This document shows, one piece after another, positions 48,559-59,224 of a DNA stretch of 64,000 nt; the first letter of the stretch is position 1; each line of letters starts with the position of its first letter. The DNA lies in contig CAZHAX010000015.1 in assembly GCA_964530325.1 (NCBI GenBank), positions 516 through 64,515 of the forward strand, written 5' to 3'. A program made the position numbers and the translations under genes. The stretch comes from an uncultured Anaerolineales bacterium. GTDB lineage: Bacteria; Chloroflexota; Anaerolineae; B4-G1. The notes beneath the pieces are model-generated. The model was not told the origin of the DNA, did not search any database, and saw nothing but the letters and a program-made list of their open reading frames with translations.

Positions 48559-50985
48559 TCACGGCGTCAGGACGAGCACCCCTTCTGCCTCTGCTTCGAC
48601 ATCTGCCCGGTCCCACAGCATTCGATGGTACTCGATGCTTCGCCAGGGGTCGATCATGTCGTCGTAGTGTTCGTGGTAGGGGTGGCCGGACTGCCCCGTC
48701 GTGTGCATCGAGACCGACCGGGTCAGGTCGCCGAGATCGATCACCTGTCGGTACGAGGGTAGGACGACCACTCCATACGGCCGGCTGGGACTGTAGCCGG
48801 TGTTGTTGAGCGTGGCTATCGTCCCGTCCACCGATACCGGCCCGCGGTTGAAGATGCCCTCGATCAGTCCGATACCGCACTGGCCCAGGGACTCGTGCCG
48901 GAAGTAGGCTGTATGGAGCTCGCCCCACTGCCAGCGGTTCATGTCTTCGCCGAGGGCGCCGGTCAGTTCCTCGACAGCCTCCTCCAGCGCTCGGAGGAGT
49001 ACCTCGTCCCGGGTCTCCACAGCAGGAGTGGTGATGTCGTCGAACCAGGCCGAGCCGGGATCCGCCAGGAGATCGACAAGAGCGATCATAGCGGTAGGAC
49101 GAGCGCGGGTCAGGAGCTGGTCGCCCATCTCGTCGCCGAAGGTGAGGTCGACGAGCCGGAGGCGCAACGCCTCGAACAGAGCGGCGCCGCTGCTTTCTCG
49201 GGTCGCCCGGCCATCCCACTGGTGCAGCAGACCCAGAGCCTGCTGCACCCGGGCGTCGTCGCAGGAGAGATGCGCCAGATAGGGCAGAACGTCGTCCGCG
49301 TAGGCGGGGCTGCTATCTCCCTGCATGGCCTGCATGTCGGCCAAGGACATGGTGGTATCGTCCGTGATCAGGTCTACGATGCGCCGGGCCCGGTGGCCCG
49401 GTGCCCAGTCTACGGTGATGGTGTACGCGTAATCGGGCCCGACTGCAGCGTTGTTCGCGGTGGCGACGTACCCTTCCGGCGGGTTGAAGGACCAGGGCAG
49501 CTCCTGGAACGGGATGTAGCCAATCCATTCGTACTCGCCGGTCCAGCCAGGTACAGGCGTGGAGCCATCGCCCGCGGCGCGAATCGGAATCCGCCCGGGC
49601 GCCTGGTAGCCGATGTTGCCCTCGACGTCCGCGTAGACGAAGTTCTGGCTCGGCACGTCCCAGTAGGCGAGCGCCTGGCGGAAGTCGTTCCAGTCCTCGG
49701 ACTGATCCAGAAGGAGCATGCTGCGAATCAGGCCGCCTGGCTGCAGTGCGGTCCAAGATAGGGCAAGCGGCTGCCACCCGAGCGCCCACTCATCCTCCGT
49801 GCCTCCGATGACGTCGTTGATGATCGGTCCGTGGCGAGTGATGCGGGCCAGTAGCACCTCCGGCTCGCTGCGGCCGGCCACGTCGATCTCCTCGCGTACG
49901 ATCTCCATGTCTAGCCACCGGCCCTGGTACTCGTACTGGTTTGGATCGGCCGGGTTGACCTTCTCGATGAAGAGGTCTTGCACGTCCGGGCCCAGATTGG
50001 TGACTCCCCAGGCGATGTGGTCGTTGTGTCCGATGATCACGCCAGGCGCCCCTGGGAACGAAGCACCGACGACGTTGAAGGGGCAACTCTCGCCGATCGG
50101 GTCGCAGTGGAGCCCGATCTCGTACCAGATGGAGGGTATTTGGATGCTCAGGTGCGGATCGTCTGCCAGCAGCGGCGAGCCGGTGTCGGTTCGAGAGCCG
50201 GCCACTACCCAGCTGTTGCTGCCCAGACCCTCGCCCTCTCCCAGCACCTGGGCAGCGAACGCAGCGGCGGGCACCGACCGCAGCGTCGCCTCGCTCAGCG
50301 TGTGGGGAACAATGACCGGGTGTTCGTCCGGGTAGGGCGGTGCGATCACGTCGACCGCCGCCGTGCCGAGAATGGCCGCTATGTGGGCCCGGAGAAGCTC
50401 GGAGTCCATGTTGCCACCCAGATCCCAGCTCATTACCTTGGCCCAGCAGAGGGTATCGAGCGGAGTCCACGGCTCGGGCTCGACCTGGATGCCGGTCAGG
50501 CCGAGGACGGCGAACTCGAGCGCCAGGGGCGCCTCACGGTCACGGATGTACGCATTGACGCCCTCTGCGTAGGCTTCGAGCGCAGCCTTGCTGTCCTCGT
50601 CCAGCAGCTCCAGCTCCTCGGCCGCGGTCCGGTGCCAGCCCACCGTGCGGATGAAGCGGTCGGAGCCGAGTGCCGCCTCGCCGAGAACCTCGGACAGCCG
50701 GCCGGACCCGGCCCGGCGCCAGAATTCCATCTGCCAGAACCTGTCCTGGGCGTGGACGTATCCCTGGCCGAAGAAGAGATCGTGGGAGTTGGAGGCGTAG
50801 ATGTGGGGGATACCCCATCCGTCACGGGCGACGGTGACATCTGCACCGAGGCCGTGGGCCTCTACCGTGCCGCTGATCTGCGGCCAGGAGCTGCGGACAG
50901 TGACCATGCCGTAGCCCAGGCCGGCGAGTGTGAGGATCAGTAGGAGCACCACCAGACCCAGCAGTACACGCAACGCCGTGCGCAT
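48559..50985 (-). CDS. Penicillin acylase/amidase family (S45, Ntn-hydrolase) secreted protein
   Basis: Signal/TM N-terminus. GSNSWVVAGSRTDTGSPLLADDPHL with the Ntn Ser, and S45 family-wide similarity. Confidence 0.88.
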   Translation of the reverse strand: MRTALRVLLGLVVLLLILTLAGLGYGMVTVRSSWPQISGTVEAHGLGADVTVARDGWGIPHIYASNSHDLFFGQGYVHAQDRFWQMEFWRRAGSGRLSEVLGEAALGSDRFIRTVGWHRTAAEELELLDEDSKAALEAYAEGVNAYIRDREAPLALEFAVLGLTGIQVEPEPWTPLDTLCWAKVMSWDLGGNMDSELLRAHIAAILGTAAVDVIAPPYPDEHPVIVPHTLSEATLRSVPAAAFAAQVLGEGEGLGSNSWVVAGSRTDTGSPLLADDPHLSIQIPSIWYEIGLHCDPIGESCPFNVVGASFPGAPGVIIGHNDHIAWGVTNLGPDVQDLFIEKVNPADPNQYEYQGRWLDMEIVREEIDVAGRSEPEVLLARITRHGPIINDVIGGTEDEWALGWQPLALSWTALQPGGLIRSMLLLDQSEDWNDFRQALAYWDVPSQNFVYADVEGNIGYQAPGRIPIRAAGDGSTPVPGWTGEYEWIGYIPFQELPWSFNPPEGYVATANNAAVGPDYAYTITVDWAPGHRARRIVDLITDDTTMSLADMQAMQGDSSPAYADDVLPYLAHLSCDDARVQQALGLLHQWDGRATRESSGAALFEALRLRLVDLTFGDEMGDQLLTRARPTAMIALVDLLADPGSAWFDDITTPAVETRDEVLLRALEEAVEELTGALGEDMNRWQWGELHTAYFRHESLGQCGIGLIEGIFNRGPVSVDGTIATLNNTGYSPSRPYGVVVLPSYRQVIDLGDLTRSVSMHTTGQSGHPYHEHYDDMIDPWRSIEYHRMLWDRADVEAEAEGVLVLTP

Positions 50986-51135
50986 TACGCCCTCCTCTCG
51001 CTTGGCGACTGCAGTGGAACTGAGCGGATGGCCGGATTATACGGCGGGGCCACCGGGGGGGCAAGCGACCAGGAGCCGCCGGGCGTCCGCAGAGACCTGG
51101 CGCGGAGGCGTGGAATCGGCTATAATGGGCTGGCA

Positions 51136-51444
51136 ATGGAAGCGGAGCGCCGTCGCCTATGGATAATGGTCGGGGTGACCGTGGTTGCGGTCGTGGCCGG
51201 TGCGCTGATTCTGAAAGGCGCGCTGCCCGGCGGTGGCGAATCACCGCTGGCCACGCCGGCGGGCAACCAGTCTCCGCTGCCGGGCCCCGGCGAGTCACCA
51301 CTCTCCACGCCGGGGTCAAGCGACGGCGCATCCTGGTTGCTCTGGCCGGGTGCCGCGGCCGCGCTCCTCTGGGTGGCGCTGGGCATAGTTCTCGCCCTGC
51401 TGCTGGCGGCGTTGATTCGTCGCCTTCTCCGTCCGAGCGGATGA
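51136..51444 (+). CDS. Small Pro/Ser-rich membrane protein, translationally coupled to the downstream GT-C gene
   Basis: Two TM helices. Stop overlaps the ATG of the next gene (ATGA). Confidence 0.4.
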   Translation: MEAERRRLWIMVGVTVVAVVAGALILKGALPGGGESPLATPAGNQSPLPGPGESPLSTPGSSDGASWLLWPGAAAALLWVALGIVLALLLAALIRRLLRPSG

Positions 51445-53084
51445 GCCGCCGCTCTACTACGCATCTCGCGGCGATCTGCGCGCTGACCCTCGTCGCCTTC
51501 TCGCTGCGGGCACCCTCGCTCGACTCTCAGTCGTTGTGGCGGGATGAGGTCGACGCTCTCTGCTACTCATACGAGTTCCCTCAGCTCGTGGCGCAGGCCC
51601 TGGGCGACGAGACGACCGGCGGCCTAGCGACCCCCTGTGCCTGCCCGCCCCTGGCGGCGTCGATTAGGGGGACCGGCGTGCTGGAGCGGCTTGCTTCGAC
51701 CTTGTGGGCAATGGTCCGCCACAACGGGCCGCTCTACTACTTCCTCCTGCGGGGCTGGGTGGCGCTGGCCGGCTCGAGCAGCTTCGGGATGCGCTACCTC
51801 TCGCTGCTCTTCGGAGTAGCCTGCGTGCCCCTAGCATACGTGTTGGGACGGCGCCTCTTCGGAGCCTGCGTCGGCCTGCTGGCTGCATTCCTCATGGCCT
51901 TCTCGCCCTACGCCGCCTACTACTCCCAGGAAGTGAAGATGTACACGCTCGTTCCGGCGCTGGCGGTGCTGGCAATCTACGCCTTGCGCCGCGCATCCGA
52001 GAGCGGCCGTTGGCGCTGGTGGCTCGTGCAGATCGTCTCGACCAGTCTGGCATTCTACTGCCACATCTTCGCCGCTCTCCTGGTGCCTCTGCAGATTCTG
52101 CTGTACGCCTGCTGGTGGCCGCAGGGCCGTCGTCATTGGCGAAAGGCGCTCGTCAGTCTGGCCAGCCTGACGCTGCCCTACCTGCCGCTCGCCGTCTGGC
52201 AGGCACGTTCCGTGTTTCAGGTCCGCGAGACTGGCTTCCCGGCCCACAGTCTGGGCGAGATGGTGGAGATACTGCAGAACGGCTGGAGCCTGGGCATGCT
52301 GGCCCGTGGCTGGCCGTGGGGGACGCTGTTGATGGGCGGGTTGGCGGCCTGGGGTCTGTTCGGCCCGTTGTTCACGTGGGCGGGCGGGAAGTGGGGCTGG
52401 CGGGACGCGCAAGCGTGGCGGTCCCGCGTGGCAATCGTCTGCTGGCTACTCCTGCCGCTGCTGGCGATCTGGCTGATCTCTCTGTGGCAGCCGCTGTTCA
52501 CGGACCGGTATCTGATCTGGTGCGCGCCGGCTTACTATCTGCTCGTAGCTCTCGGCCTGGCCTCGATCTGGCCGCTGGGCCTGGCATACGGAGACGGAGC
52601 GCGGCTGCCCCTGGGGCGCTGGGGTGCCACCGTGCTAATCGGCGGGTTGGTACTCGTCAGTGCTGTGAATCTGCGCGTGCAGGCCCGCGAGCCGATCAAG
52701 TCCGACTTCCGGGCTGCCGCGGCCTACGTTGGAGAGCGGATCAGCCCTGGTGAACTGATCGTCTTCCAGATACCGCATTCGAGGTACACTTTCGACTATT
52801 ACTTCGAGGCCGGAGACTACACCTGGGCGGAGGGTCAGTACACCAACCACCGGGCTGACGATGGCTCGTACTTGGTGAGCGAAACCCAAGCCTACTGGCA
52901 GGTGCGGGCGATGGTGGCCGGTTTCGAGGGTATCTGGCTCGTGCTCAGCGAGGAGAGCATGTGGGACGAACGAGCCCTCACCCGCACCTGGCTGGAGGCG
53001 AATGCAGCCCTGCTCGAAGAGGCCCAGTTTGCCCGCGTCGGAGTCTTCCACTTCTCCGGCGTAGATGCCGCTGCCGAGTGGTGA
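51441..53084 (+). CDS. GT-C membrane glycosyltransferase (PMT/ArnT-like)
   Basis: SLWRDEVDALCYSY...HNGPLYYFLLRGW PMT_2-type motif, multi-TM, C-terminal soluble domain. Start at internal ATG MSRRSTTHLAAICALTL. Confidence 0.75.
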   Translation: MSRRSTTHLAAICALTLVAFSLRAPSLDSQSLWRDEVDALCYSYEFPQLVAQALGDETTGGLATPCACPPLAASIRGTGVLERLASTLWAMVRHNGPLYYFLLRGWVALAGSSSFGMRYLSLLFGVACVPLAYVLGRRLFGACVGLLAAFLMAFSPYAAYYSQEVKMYTLVPALAVLAIYALRRASESGRWRWWLVQIVSTSLAFYCHIFAALLVPLQILLYACWWPQGRRHWRKALVSLASLTLPYLPLAVWQARSVFQVRETGFPAHSLGEMVEILQNGWSLGMLARGWPWGTLLMGGLAAWGLFGPLFTWAGGKWGWRDAQAWRSRVAIVCWLLLPLLAIWLISLWQPLFTDRYLIWCAPAYYLLVALGLASIWPLGLAYGDGARLPLGRWGATVLIGGLVLVSAVNLRVQAREPIKSDFRAAAAYVGERISPGELIVFQIPHSRYTFDYYFEAGDYTWAEGQYTNHRADDGSYLVSETQAYWQVRAMVAGFEGIWLVLSEESMWDERALTRTWLEANAALLEEAQFARVGVFHFSGVDAAAEW

Positions 53085-53171
53085 TCGGGTCCCCTCTCGG
53101 CCAGATCAGGCTTCTCCCATCTGGATCCGTGCGGTATAATTCCGCGCGCAACTTCACTCTGGAGGATACGC

Positions 53172-55616
53172 TTGGAGATAGGAATCGTTCAGCCGGTCGA
53201 TATCGACAGCGAGATGCGCAGCGCCTACCTCGATTACGCCATGAGCGTGATCGTGGCCCGGGCCCTGCCGGACGCTCGTGACGGCCTCAAGCCGGTTCAG
53301 CGCCGCATCCTCTACGCCATGCACGATATGGGCCTGCGGCCGGATACTCCGTACAAGAAGTCGGCCCGTATCGTCGGCGAGGTGCTGGGCAAGTACCATC
53401 CCCACGGCGACTCGGCGGTCTACGACGCCATGGCCAGAATGGCGCAGGACTTCAGCCTTCGCTATCCGCTGGTTGATGGTCAGGGCAACTTCGGCTCTGT
53501 GGACGGTGACAGCCCTGCTGCGATGCGTTACACCGAGGCGAAGCTGACCGCGATCGCCACGGAGCTGCTGGTCGACATCGAGAAAGACACGGTCGACTGG
53601 CTAGACAGCTTCGACGGGACGCTGCAGGAGCCGGCGGTGCTGCCGGCGGCTGTGCCCAACCTGCTGGTCAACGGATCATCCGGCATTGCGGTGGGAATGG
53701 CCACCAATATCCCGCCCCACAACCTGGGCGAGGTCTGCGACGCGCTCGCGCTTCTGATCGATCGCTGGGACTCGCTGGACGACATCGCCGTCGATGACCT
53801 GATGGAGCTCGTCCAGGGGCCGGACTTCCCCACCGGGGGCACGATCGTGGGGCGAGAGGGCATCATTCAGGCCTATGCGACGGGCCACGGGCGAGTGGTG
53901 GTGCGCGGCACAGCACACGTCGAGGAAATCGCGCCCAGCCGCCACAGAATCGTGATCACCGAGCTGCCATACCAGACGAACAAGACGACCCTATTGGAGC
54001 GAATCGCCTCGCTCGTCCGCTCGGAGCGTCTGGAGAGCATCTCCGATCTGCGGGACGAGTCTGACCGGCGCGGAATGAGCATCGTCATAGAGCTCAAGCG
54101 CGGCGCGCAGCCCCGCAAGGTACTCAACCAGCTCTTCCGCTACACGCCGCTCCAGTGCACGTTCGGCGTGCAGATGCTGGCGCTGGTCAACGGCGAGCCG
54201 CGGCTGCTGAGCCTGAAGCGGGCTCTGCAGCTGTACGTCGAGCACCGGCGGGACGTGATAACCAGGCGCAGCCAGTTTGAGCTGGAGAAGGCGCGCCAGA
54301 GGGCGCATATCCTGGAGGGGCTGAGGACAGCTCTGGACCAGCTCGATGCGATAATCGAGACGATCCGCAATTCGCCCGATGCTGACACGGCCCGCGACAG
54401 GCTGGTCGAGGGGTTCCAGCTGACGGAGATCCAGGCCCAGGCGATACTCGACCTGCAGCTGAGGAGGCTTGCCGCCCTGGAGCGCCAGAAGATTGAGGAT
54501 GAGTATGCGGAGCTGCTGAAGCGGATCGCTTTACTGGAGGAGCTGCTCGCGTCGCCGCGAAAGGTTCTGGAGCTGATCAAGAAGGAGCTGGCGGAGCTGA
54601 AGAAGGCCTACGCCGATCCCCGCCGCACCGGCATAATCGACGAGGCTGAGGAACTGGAGCAGGAGGACCTGGTGGCGGAGGAGGACGTCCTGGTGACGAT
54701 CACGCGTCGCGGGTATATCAAGCGCGTGCCGCTGGAGTCGTTCCGCGCTCAGGGCAGCGGCAGCCGTGGGGTGATAGGTGTGACGACCCGTGACGAAGAT
54801 GCTGTCCTCTCGCTCTTCGCGGCCCGCACGCTCGACTCAGTGCTCTTCTTCACCAACCTGGGCAAGGTCTACCGGGAGCCTGTCTACCAGCTGCCCAGCA
54901 GCGACAGGACCGCCAAGGGTATGCTGCTGGCCGGGCTGCTGCCGCTCAGCGCCGATGAGCAGGTCACGGCGGCGGTGCCGATCCCGAAGTCGGATGGGGA
55001 GGAGGGGTATCTGACGCTGTTCACCCGCAAGGGCAAGGTGAAGCGAACGGAACTGAGCGAGTTCGGCACCGTGCGGAACAGCGGTTTGATCGCCGTCCGG
55101 CTGGACAAGGGGGACGAACTGGGCTGGGTCCGGCTCACGGATGGCGGCCAGGAACTGATGGTCGTCACGGAGCAGGGACAGGCACTGCGCTTCGAGGAGG
55201 ACTCCGTCCGGCCCACAGGGCGGGCCGCAGGCGGCGTCAACGGGATCAAGCTGGGCTCGGGCGACCGGGTTACCAGCGCCTCTGTGGTACAGCCCAAAGC
55301 GGACCTGCTCACCGTCACTACGAAGGCATACGGAAAGCGCACTGCGCTCGACGAGTTCCCTCTGCAGGGGCGGAATGGCAAGGGCATACGGTGCCTATCT
55401 GGCGACCTCAAGCGTAGCGGCACGGTAGCTGGGGCGCGTGTCGTGCAGCCCGATGACGACGTGACGCTGATCTCTGCCGGGGGCATGGTGCTTCGCACGC
55501 CCGTGGCGGAGATACCCCAGATGGGGCGGGCAACACGGGGCTCACGAGTGATGGAACTCAAAGAGGGCGACCAGGTCACTGCGCTGGCAGTGCTGGAGAG
55601 CGAGGGGTCGGACTAG
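53172..55616 (+). CDS. gyrA: DNA gyrase subunit A
   Basis: [29 protein letters not shown] catalytic Tyr region, QRDR-like segment and a C-terminal GyrA-box beta-pinwheel. Confidence 0.95.
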   Translation: MEIGIVQPVDIDSEMRSAYLDYAMSVIVARALPDARDGLKPVQRRILYAMHDMGLRPDTPYKKSARIVGEVLGKYHPHGDSAVYDAMARMAQDFSLRYPLVDGQGNFGSVDGDSPAAMRYTEAKLTAIATELLVDIEKDTVDWLDSFDGTLQEPAVLPAAVPNLLVNGSSGIAVGMATNIPPHNLGEVCDALALLIDRWDSLDDIAVDDLMELVQGPDFPTGGTIVGREGIIQAYATGHGRVVVRGTAHVEEIAPSRHRIVITELPYQTNKTTLLERIASLVRSERLESISDLRDESDRRGMSIVIELKRGAQPRKVLNQLFRYTPLQCTFGVQMLALVNGEPRLLSLKRALQLYVEHRRDVITRRSQFELEKARQRAHILEGLRTALDQLDAIIETIRNSPDADTARDRLVEGFQLTEIQAQAILDLQLRRLAALERQKIEDEYAELLKRIALLEELLASPRKVLELIKKELAELKKAYADPRRTGIIDEAEELEQEDLVAEEDVLVTITRRGYIKRVPLESFRAQGSGSRGVIGVTTRDEDAVLSLFAARTLDSVLFFTNLGKVYREPVYQLPSSDRTAKGMLLAGLLPLSADEQVTAAVPIPKSDGEEGYLTLFTRKGKVKRTELSEFGTVRNSGLIAVRLDKGDELGWVRLTDGGQELMVVTEQGQALRFEEDSVRPTGRAAGGVNGIKLGSGDRVTSASVVQPKADLLTVTTKAYGKRTALDEFPLQGRNGKGIRCLSGDLKRSGTVAGARVVQPDDDVTLISAGGMVLRTPVAEIPQMGRATRGSRVMELKEGDQVTALAVLESEGSD

Positions 55617-55634
55617 CCGGCGCGGAGAGGCGGG

Positions 55635-56078
55635 GTGATGACCAAGGAGAAGGCCCGGCGCAAGAGGCGGCGGCTGACCAGACCGGAGAAGGTGGTCGTC
55701 GCCCTCTCCATCCTCGTTCTCGGGCTGGGGCTGGGCAACGTGATCCGCGTCTTCGTCGCCGTCGCGGGCGCCGGCGCCATGCCGGACCTTCCATTGTCCG
55801 TTTCCTGGACCTACCTGGCGGTGTTGAGTGCGATCTGGGGCTTGGCTCTCATAGTGTGCGCTGCCGGGCTGGCCTGGTTCAAGCGCTGGGGCCGAGTGGC
55901 CGGGCTGGCGGCGGTCACTCTCTACGAAGCGCACGTCTGGGTCAACCATCTGCTCTTCGACAGGAGTGACTACGCTCTGCAGACGCGGCCGTGGGATCTG
56001 CTGTTCACGCTGCTGCTCCTGGCGCTGACCTGGGGGCTGCTGAACCTGCGGCGCGTGCGCGCCACTCTGCGAGCCTGA
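55635..56078 (+). CDS. Hypothetical membrane protein
   Basis: Basic N-terminus, then 3-4 TM helices. 18 bp after gyrA. Confidence 0.45.
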   Translation: MMTKEKARRKRRRLTRPEKVVVALSILVLGLGLGNVIRVFVAVAGAGAMPDLPLSVSWTYLAVLSAIWGLALIVCAAGLAWFKRWGRVAGLAAVTLYEAHVWVNHLLFDRSDYALQTRPWDLLFTLLLLALTWGLLNLRRVRATLRA

Positions 56079-56105
56079 GAACCGCTGCTCCCGATCCGCG
56101 GCCGG

Positions 56106-57464
56106 CTATTGCGTGCGGCCGAGGTCCGCTTCGGCCTGCAGCTGGGCATCTGTCAGCGCTTCCTCCGCGGTCGCGCTGCCGGAGATGACCTGGTCAATCG
56201 CCTGAGTGAGGAGTGTGAGCAGGTCGGCCTCATTCCTGGACAGCACGACCGCGTTCTCCATGGATTCGCGGGCCACGCTGGCCGCATCCGGCCCGACCCC
56301 CAGCTGAGCCTCGTAGGCGCTCGACTCAACCAGAGACCGGCGGGCTGGTATCAGGCGCCAGCAGAGCTGCCGGCTGAGGAAGGAGACGAGCTGCCAGCCG
56401 GCCTCGAGCTGCTCGGCTTCAGGGCTGATGGAGAAGCCATGTACGCGAGCGATCGTGGCGGGCTGCGCGCCGCGCGGCAAGACAGCCATTCCCCGGCTTG
56501 GGCCGCCCCGGTCCGAGAACCAGCCGATCCACATGCCCACCTGGCCCTGCCTTATGCCTTTCTCAGCGCATCCCTCGGCTGTCTCATAGTCGTAGCAGCG
56601 GAACGCATCACTCGCCTGTTCCTGAGTGGGGACGACGCCATGGGAGCGCGCCAGTTCAGCGTACCATTCGATGGCTCCGACGGTCAGCGGATCGTCCAGC
56701 GTGGGCTGTCCGGAATCGTCCGCGAGCCGGCCGCCGTTCTGATAGACGAAGGCGATGGCGTCGTATGCCCGGTCGACGTGGATGCCAGCCGGATGGGTGA
56801 CGATGCCACCGAGACGGACGTAGCCGTACACGCCTGCGCTCGGATCGGTCAGCGCCAGGGCTCTATCCAGGAAATCCTCCCACGTCCAGCGTGGCTGCGG
56901 ACAGGGGATCCCAGACTGGTCGAACAAGTCCTGGTTGTAGTACAGAACCAAGGGGTCCAGGCCGGTCGGCAGGAGCAGGGTCTGACCCTCGATGATTGCC
57001 GCCTCCACTGCCGCCGGATAGAAGTCGCTGACATCCAAGGAACGATCCCCCTCGATTAGGGGCTGGAGGTCGAGTGGCAGCACTACCTCACTAGGGACTG
57101 GCGTGCCTTCCGCATTCAACGTGAACACCCTGGCTTCACGACGGAGGACGATCGGCCTACCCTGCGTGTTGAATACGCCGCTTGAGGCGGAGACCCAGGG
57201 GGGCGCAGACTGGAACACGTCGGGCCCAGAGTGCGGGTCGACGAACTGGACGGTGATGTGTGGGTGGGACTCTCTGAAGTCCTCCAGGAACAGGCAGAAT
57301 TCCGTCTGATCGCTATGGCTGACGGCGAGTTTGATCGTCACCGGTTCGGCGGGAGTCGGCTGAGCGGAAGCGCAGGAGGCGAGCAATGCGATCGCCATTA
57401 CGTACAGGGCGCGTCTTGCCGTCCTCGCCGCAACTGACTGCCCGATGAGACATCTGGTGATCAT
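56106..57464 (-). CDS. ABC-transporter-type extracellular solute-binding lipoprotein (family 1, carbohydrate-type). Orphan: no adjacent permease.
   Basis: Lipobox LLASCAS, SBP_bac_1-like body, C-terminal ...SGSATAEEALTDAQLQAEADLG. Confidence 0.75.
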   Translation of the reverse strand: MITRCLIGQSVAARTARRALYVMAIALLASCASAQPTPAEPVTIKLAVSHSDQTEFCLFLEDFRESHPHITVQFVDPHSGPDVFQSAPPWVSASSGVFNTQGRPIVLRREARVFTLNAEGTPVPSEVVLPLDLQPLIEGDRSLDVSDFYPAAVEAAIIEGQTLLLPTGLDPLVLYYNQDLFDQSGIPCPQPRWTWEDFLDRALALTDPSAGVYGYVRLGGIVTHPAGIHVDRAYDAIAFVYQNGGRLADDSGQPTLDDPLTVGAIEWYAELARSHGVVPTQEQASDAFRCYDYETAEGCAEKGIRQGQVGMWIGWFSDRGGPSRGMAVLPRGAQPATIARVHGFSISPEAEQLEAGWQLVSFLSRQLCWRLIPARRSLVESSAYEAQLGVGPDAASVARESMENAVVLSRNEADLLTLLTQAIDQVISGSATAEEALTDAQLQAEADLGRTQ

Positions 57465-57512
57465 CCCGGCTGTTCTGCCTTTCGACCTGGACCTTTGCTG
57501 TTCACGTCCCGG

Positions 57513-58859
57513 CTACTGCGAGCCGCCTACTTCCGCTTCGGCCTGCAGCTGGGCATCTGTCAGCGCTTCCTCCGCGGTCGCGCTGCCGGACAGGACCCGG
57601 TAGACTGCCTCGGTGAGCAGGGAGGACCAGCGGGTCTCGCTGTCCGATAGCACGACTGCGCTTTCCATCGAATCGCGGGCCAGGTCTGCCAGGTCGCGGT
57701 CTACCATGACCTGGTCCGCGTACGCACCGGACTCGGCGAGCGACCGGCGCGCCGGTATGTAGCGCCAGGACAGCTGGCGACTCAGGAATTCCACCAGGTC
57801 CCAGCACGCTTCCACTTCGATTGCCTCCGAACTGATGGAGAAGCCATTCACTCGGGCTATGGTGGCGGCCCGCCTTCCGCCCGGCAGGGCGACGACCCCC
57901 CACCGCTCCGGCCAGCTCTGCCCGCGGCGCCAGGAGCCGTAGCCGCCGCGCTCCGAGAGCCAGCCCGCCCACATGGCAACGCGACCCTGAGCAACGCCCT
58001 CCATAGAGCAGGACTGAGTGATCTCTCTTTCCTCGTCACAAAGGAAGGTTTCACGCGCCTCTTGTGGGGTGGGAGCCACGCCATAGTAGGTTGTGAGCTC
58101 CGCGTACCAGTCGACCGCCTGAACCACCAGCGGGTCATCCAACGTCGGCCTGCCGGAATCGTCTGCGAGCCGGCCACCGTTTTGGCGGATGAAGGCGATC
58201 GCATCGAGCGCAGGGTCGTAGACCGCGAAATCCTCCTCTTGGTACAGGAGGCCCCCCAGACCCACGTATCCAAACACACCGGCGTCGCGATCTCGCAGGG
58301 CCGCCGCTCGATCGAGGAAGTCGTCCCAGGTCCAGCCGGGCTGGGGATAGGCGACGCCAGATTCATCGTAGAGGTCAAGGTTGTAGTACATCACCAGAAT
58401 GTCAGCACTGGCCGGAAGGGCGAGTGTCTCCCCATCGGAAGCCAGGGCTTCCATCATGCCGGGGTAGAAGTCATCCACCTCGAGCGATCTGTCTCGCGCG
58501 ATCAGCGGATCGAGGCTCAAAGGCGGGCGCTCCAGTGCTACATCAACCAGGGGACCACTCCACTCGATAGAGACCTGGACCGAGCCGGAGGAGCGAGTCT
58601 GGTATACGTCCGCCCCGTAGGCCGAGTCGAGCAACTCCACCGTGATGTGGGGGTGGGCTTCATGAAAGTCCTCGATCAAGAAGTAGTACTCGGTCTGCTC
58701 GGCCGAGCGGTCCGGCGGTGCGAGCGATATCGTCGCCGGCCCGGGGGGCGTCGGCGTGGCGGAAGCGCAGGCGGACAGCGCCGCGATCCCTATCAGGCAG
58801 AGGGTCGGGCAGGCGACGCCCGCTGCCGCGATTCGTCGGACTGCAGATTGGGAGTACAT
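57513..58859 (-). CDS. Paralogous extracellular solute-binding lipoprotein (family 1)
   Basis: Lipobox ALSACAS after the internal ATG (MYSQSAVRRIAAAG...) with AAGGGAAG RBS. About 45% identity to the 56106..57464 product, with a near-identical C-terminus. Confidence 0.75.
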   Translation of the reverse strand: MYSQSAVRRIAAAGVACPTLCLIGIAALSACASATPTPPGPATISLAPPDRSAEQTEYYFLIEDFHEAHPHITVELLDSAYGADVYQTRSSGSVQVSIEWSGPLVDVALERPPLSLDPLIARDRSLEVDDFYPGMMEALASDGETLALPASADILVMYYNLDLYDESGVAYPQPGWTWDDFLDRAAALRDRDAGVFGYVGLGGLLYQEEDFAVYDPALDAIAFIRQNGGRLADDSGRPTLDDPLVVQAVDWYAELTTYYGVAPTPQEARETFLCDEEREITQSCSMEGVAQGRVAMWAGWLSERGGYGSWRRGQSWPERWGVVALPGGRRAATIARVNGFSISSEAIEVEACWDLVEFLSRQLSWRYIPARRSLAESGAYADQVMVDRDLADLARDSMESAVVLSDSETRWSSLLTEAVYRVLSGSATAEEALTDAQLQAEAEVGGSQ

Positions 58860-59224
58860 CTCTTCCCTTGTTCGCCGCTGGGCGCTGCCGCGCCTGGGCC
58901 GGCTACCATCCCGCTGCGAGACCGCGACGGCAGCCTCCGGGCTAGGATTGTACCACAGCAGGAGTCCTGTGTCATCTCGGCGGGCCGCTGGTGCGGCATA
59001 GGGGCGCTCTCCGGTCAGCATGACAGCCAGGAGCGACCGTGCTATAATTGCCGCGTTGCCCGACGGCCGGCCTCGCTCAGGTCGCGGAGGCGGGCCGCCC
59101 GGGCAGGGGGCTCGACCAGTGCCGGCTGCGTGCTGCGCAGCGGGGCGTCGACTCAGGGTTCATGGGCCGTCCTGAACCGGGGTCGCCGCCGGTCTTGGTG
59201 CGCTGTGAGGAGGAGACAGGGACC

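Noticed and set aside
48482-49219. 5' 246 codons of the 373-aa ORF 48098..49219 (-)
   Set aside because: Only the last 127 codons (RidA) are real. The upstream part is an Arg/Pro-rich off-frame read-through overlapping the penicillin acylase gene.
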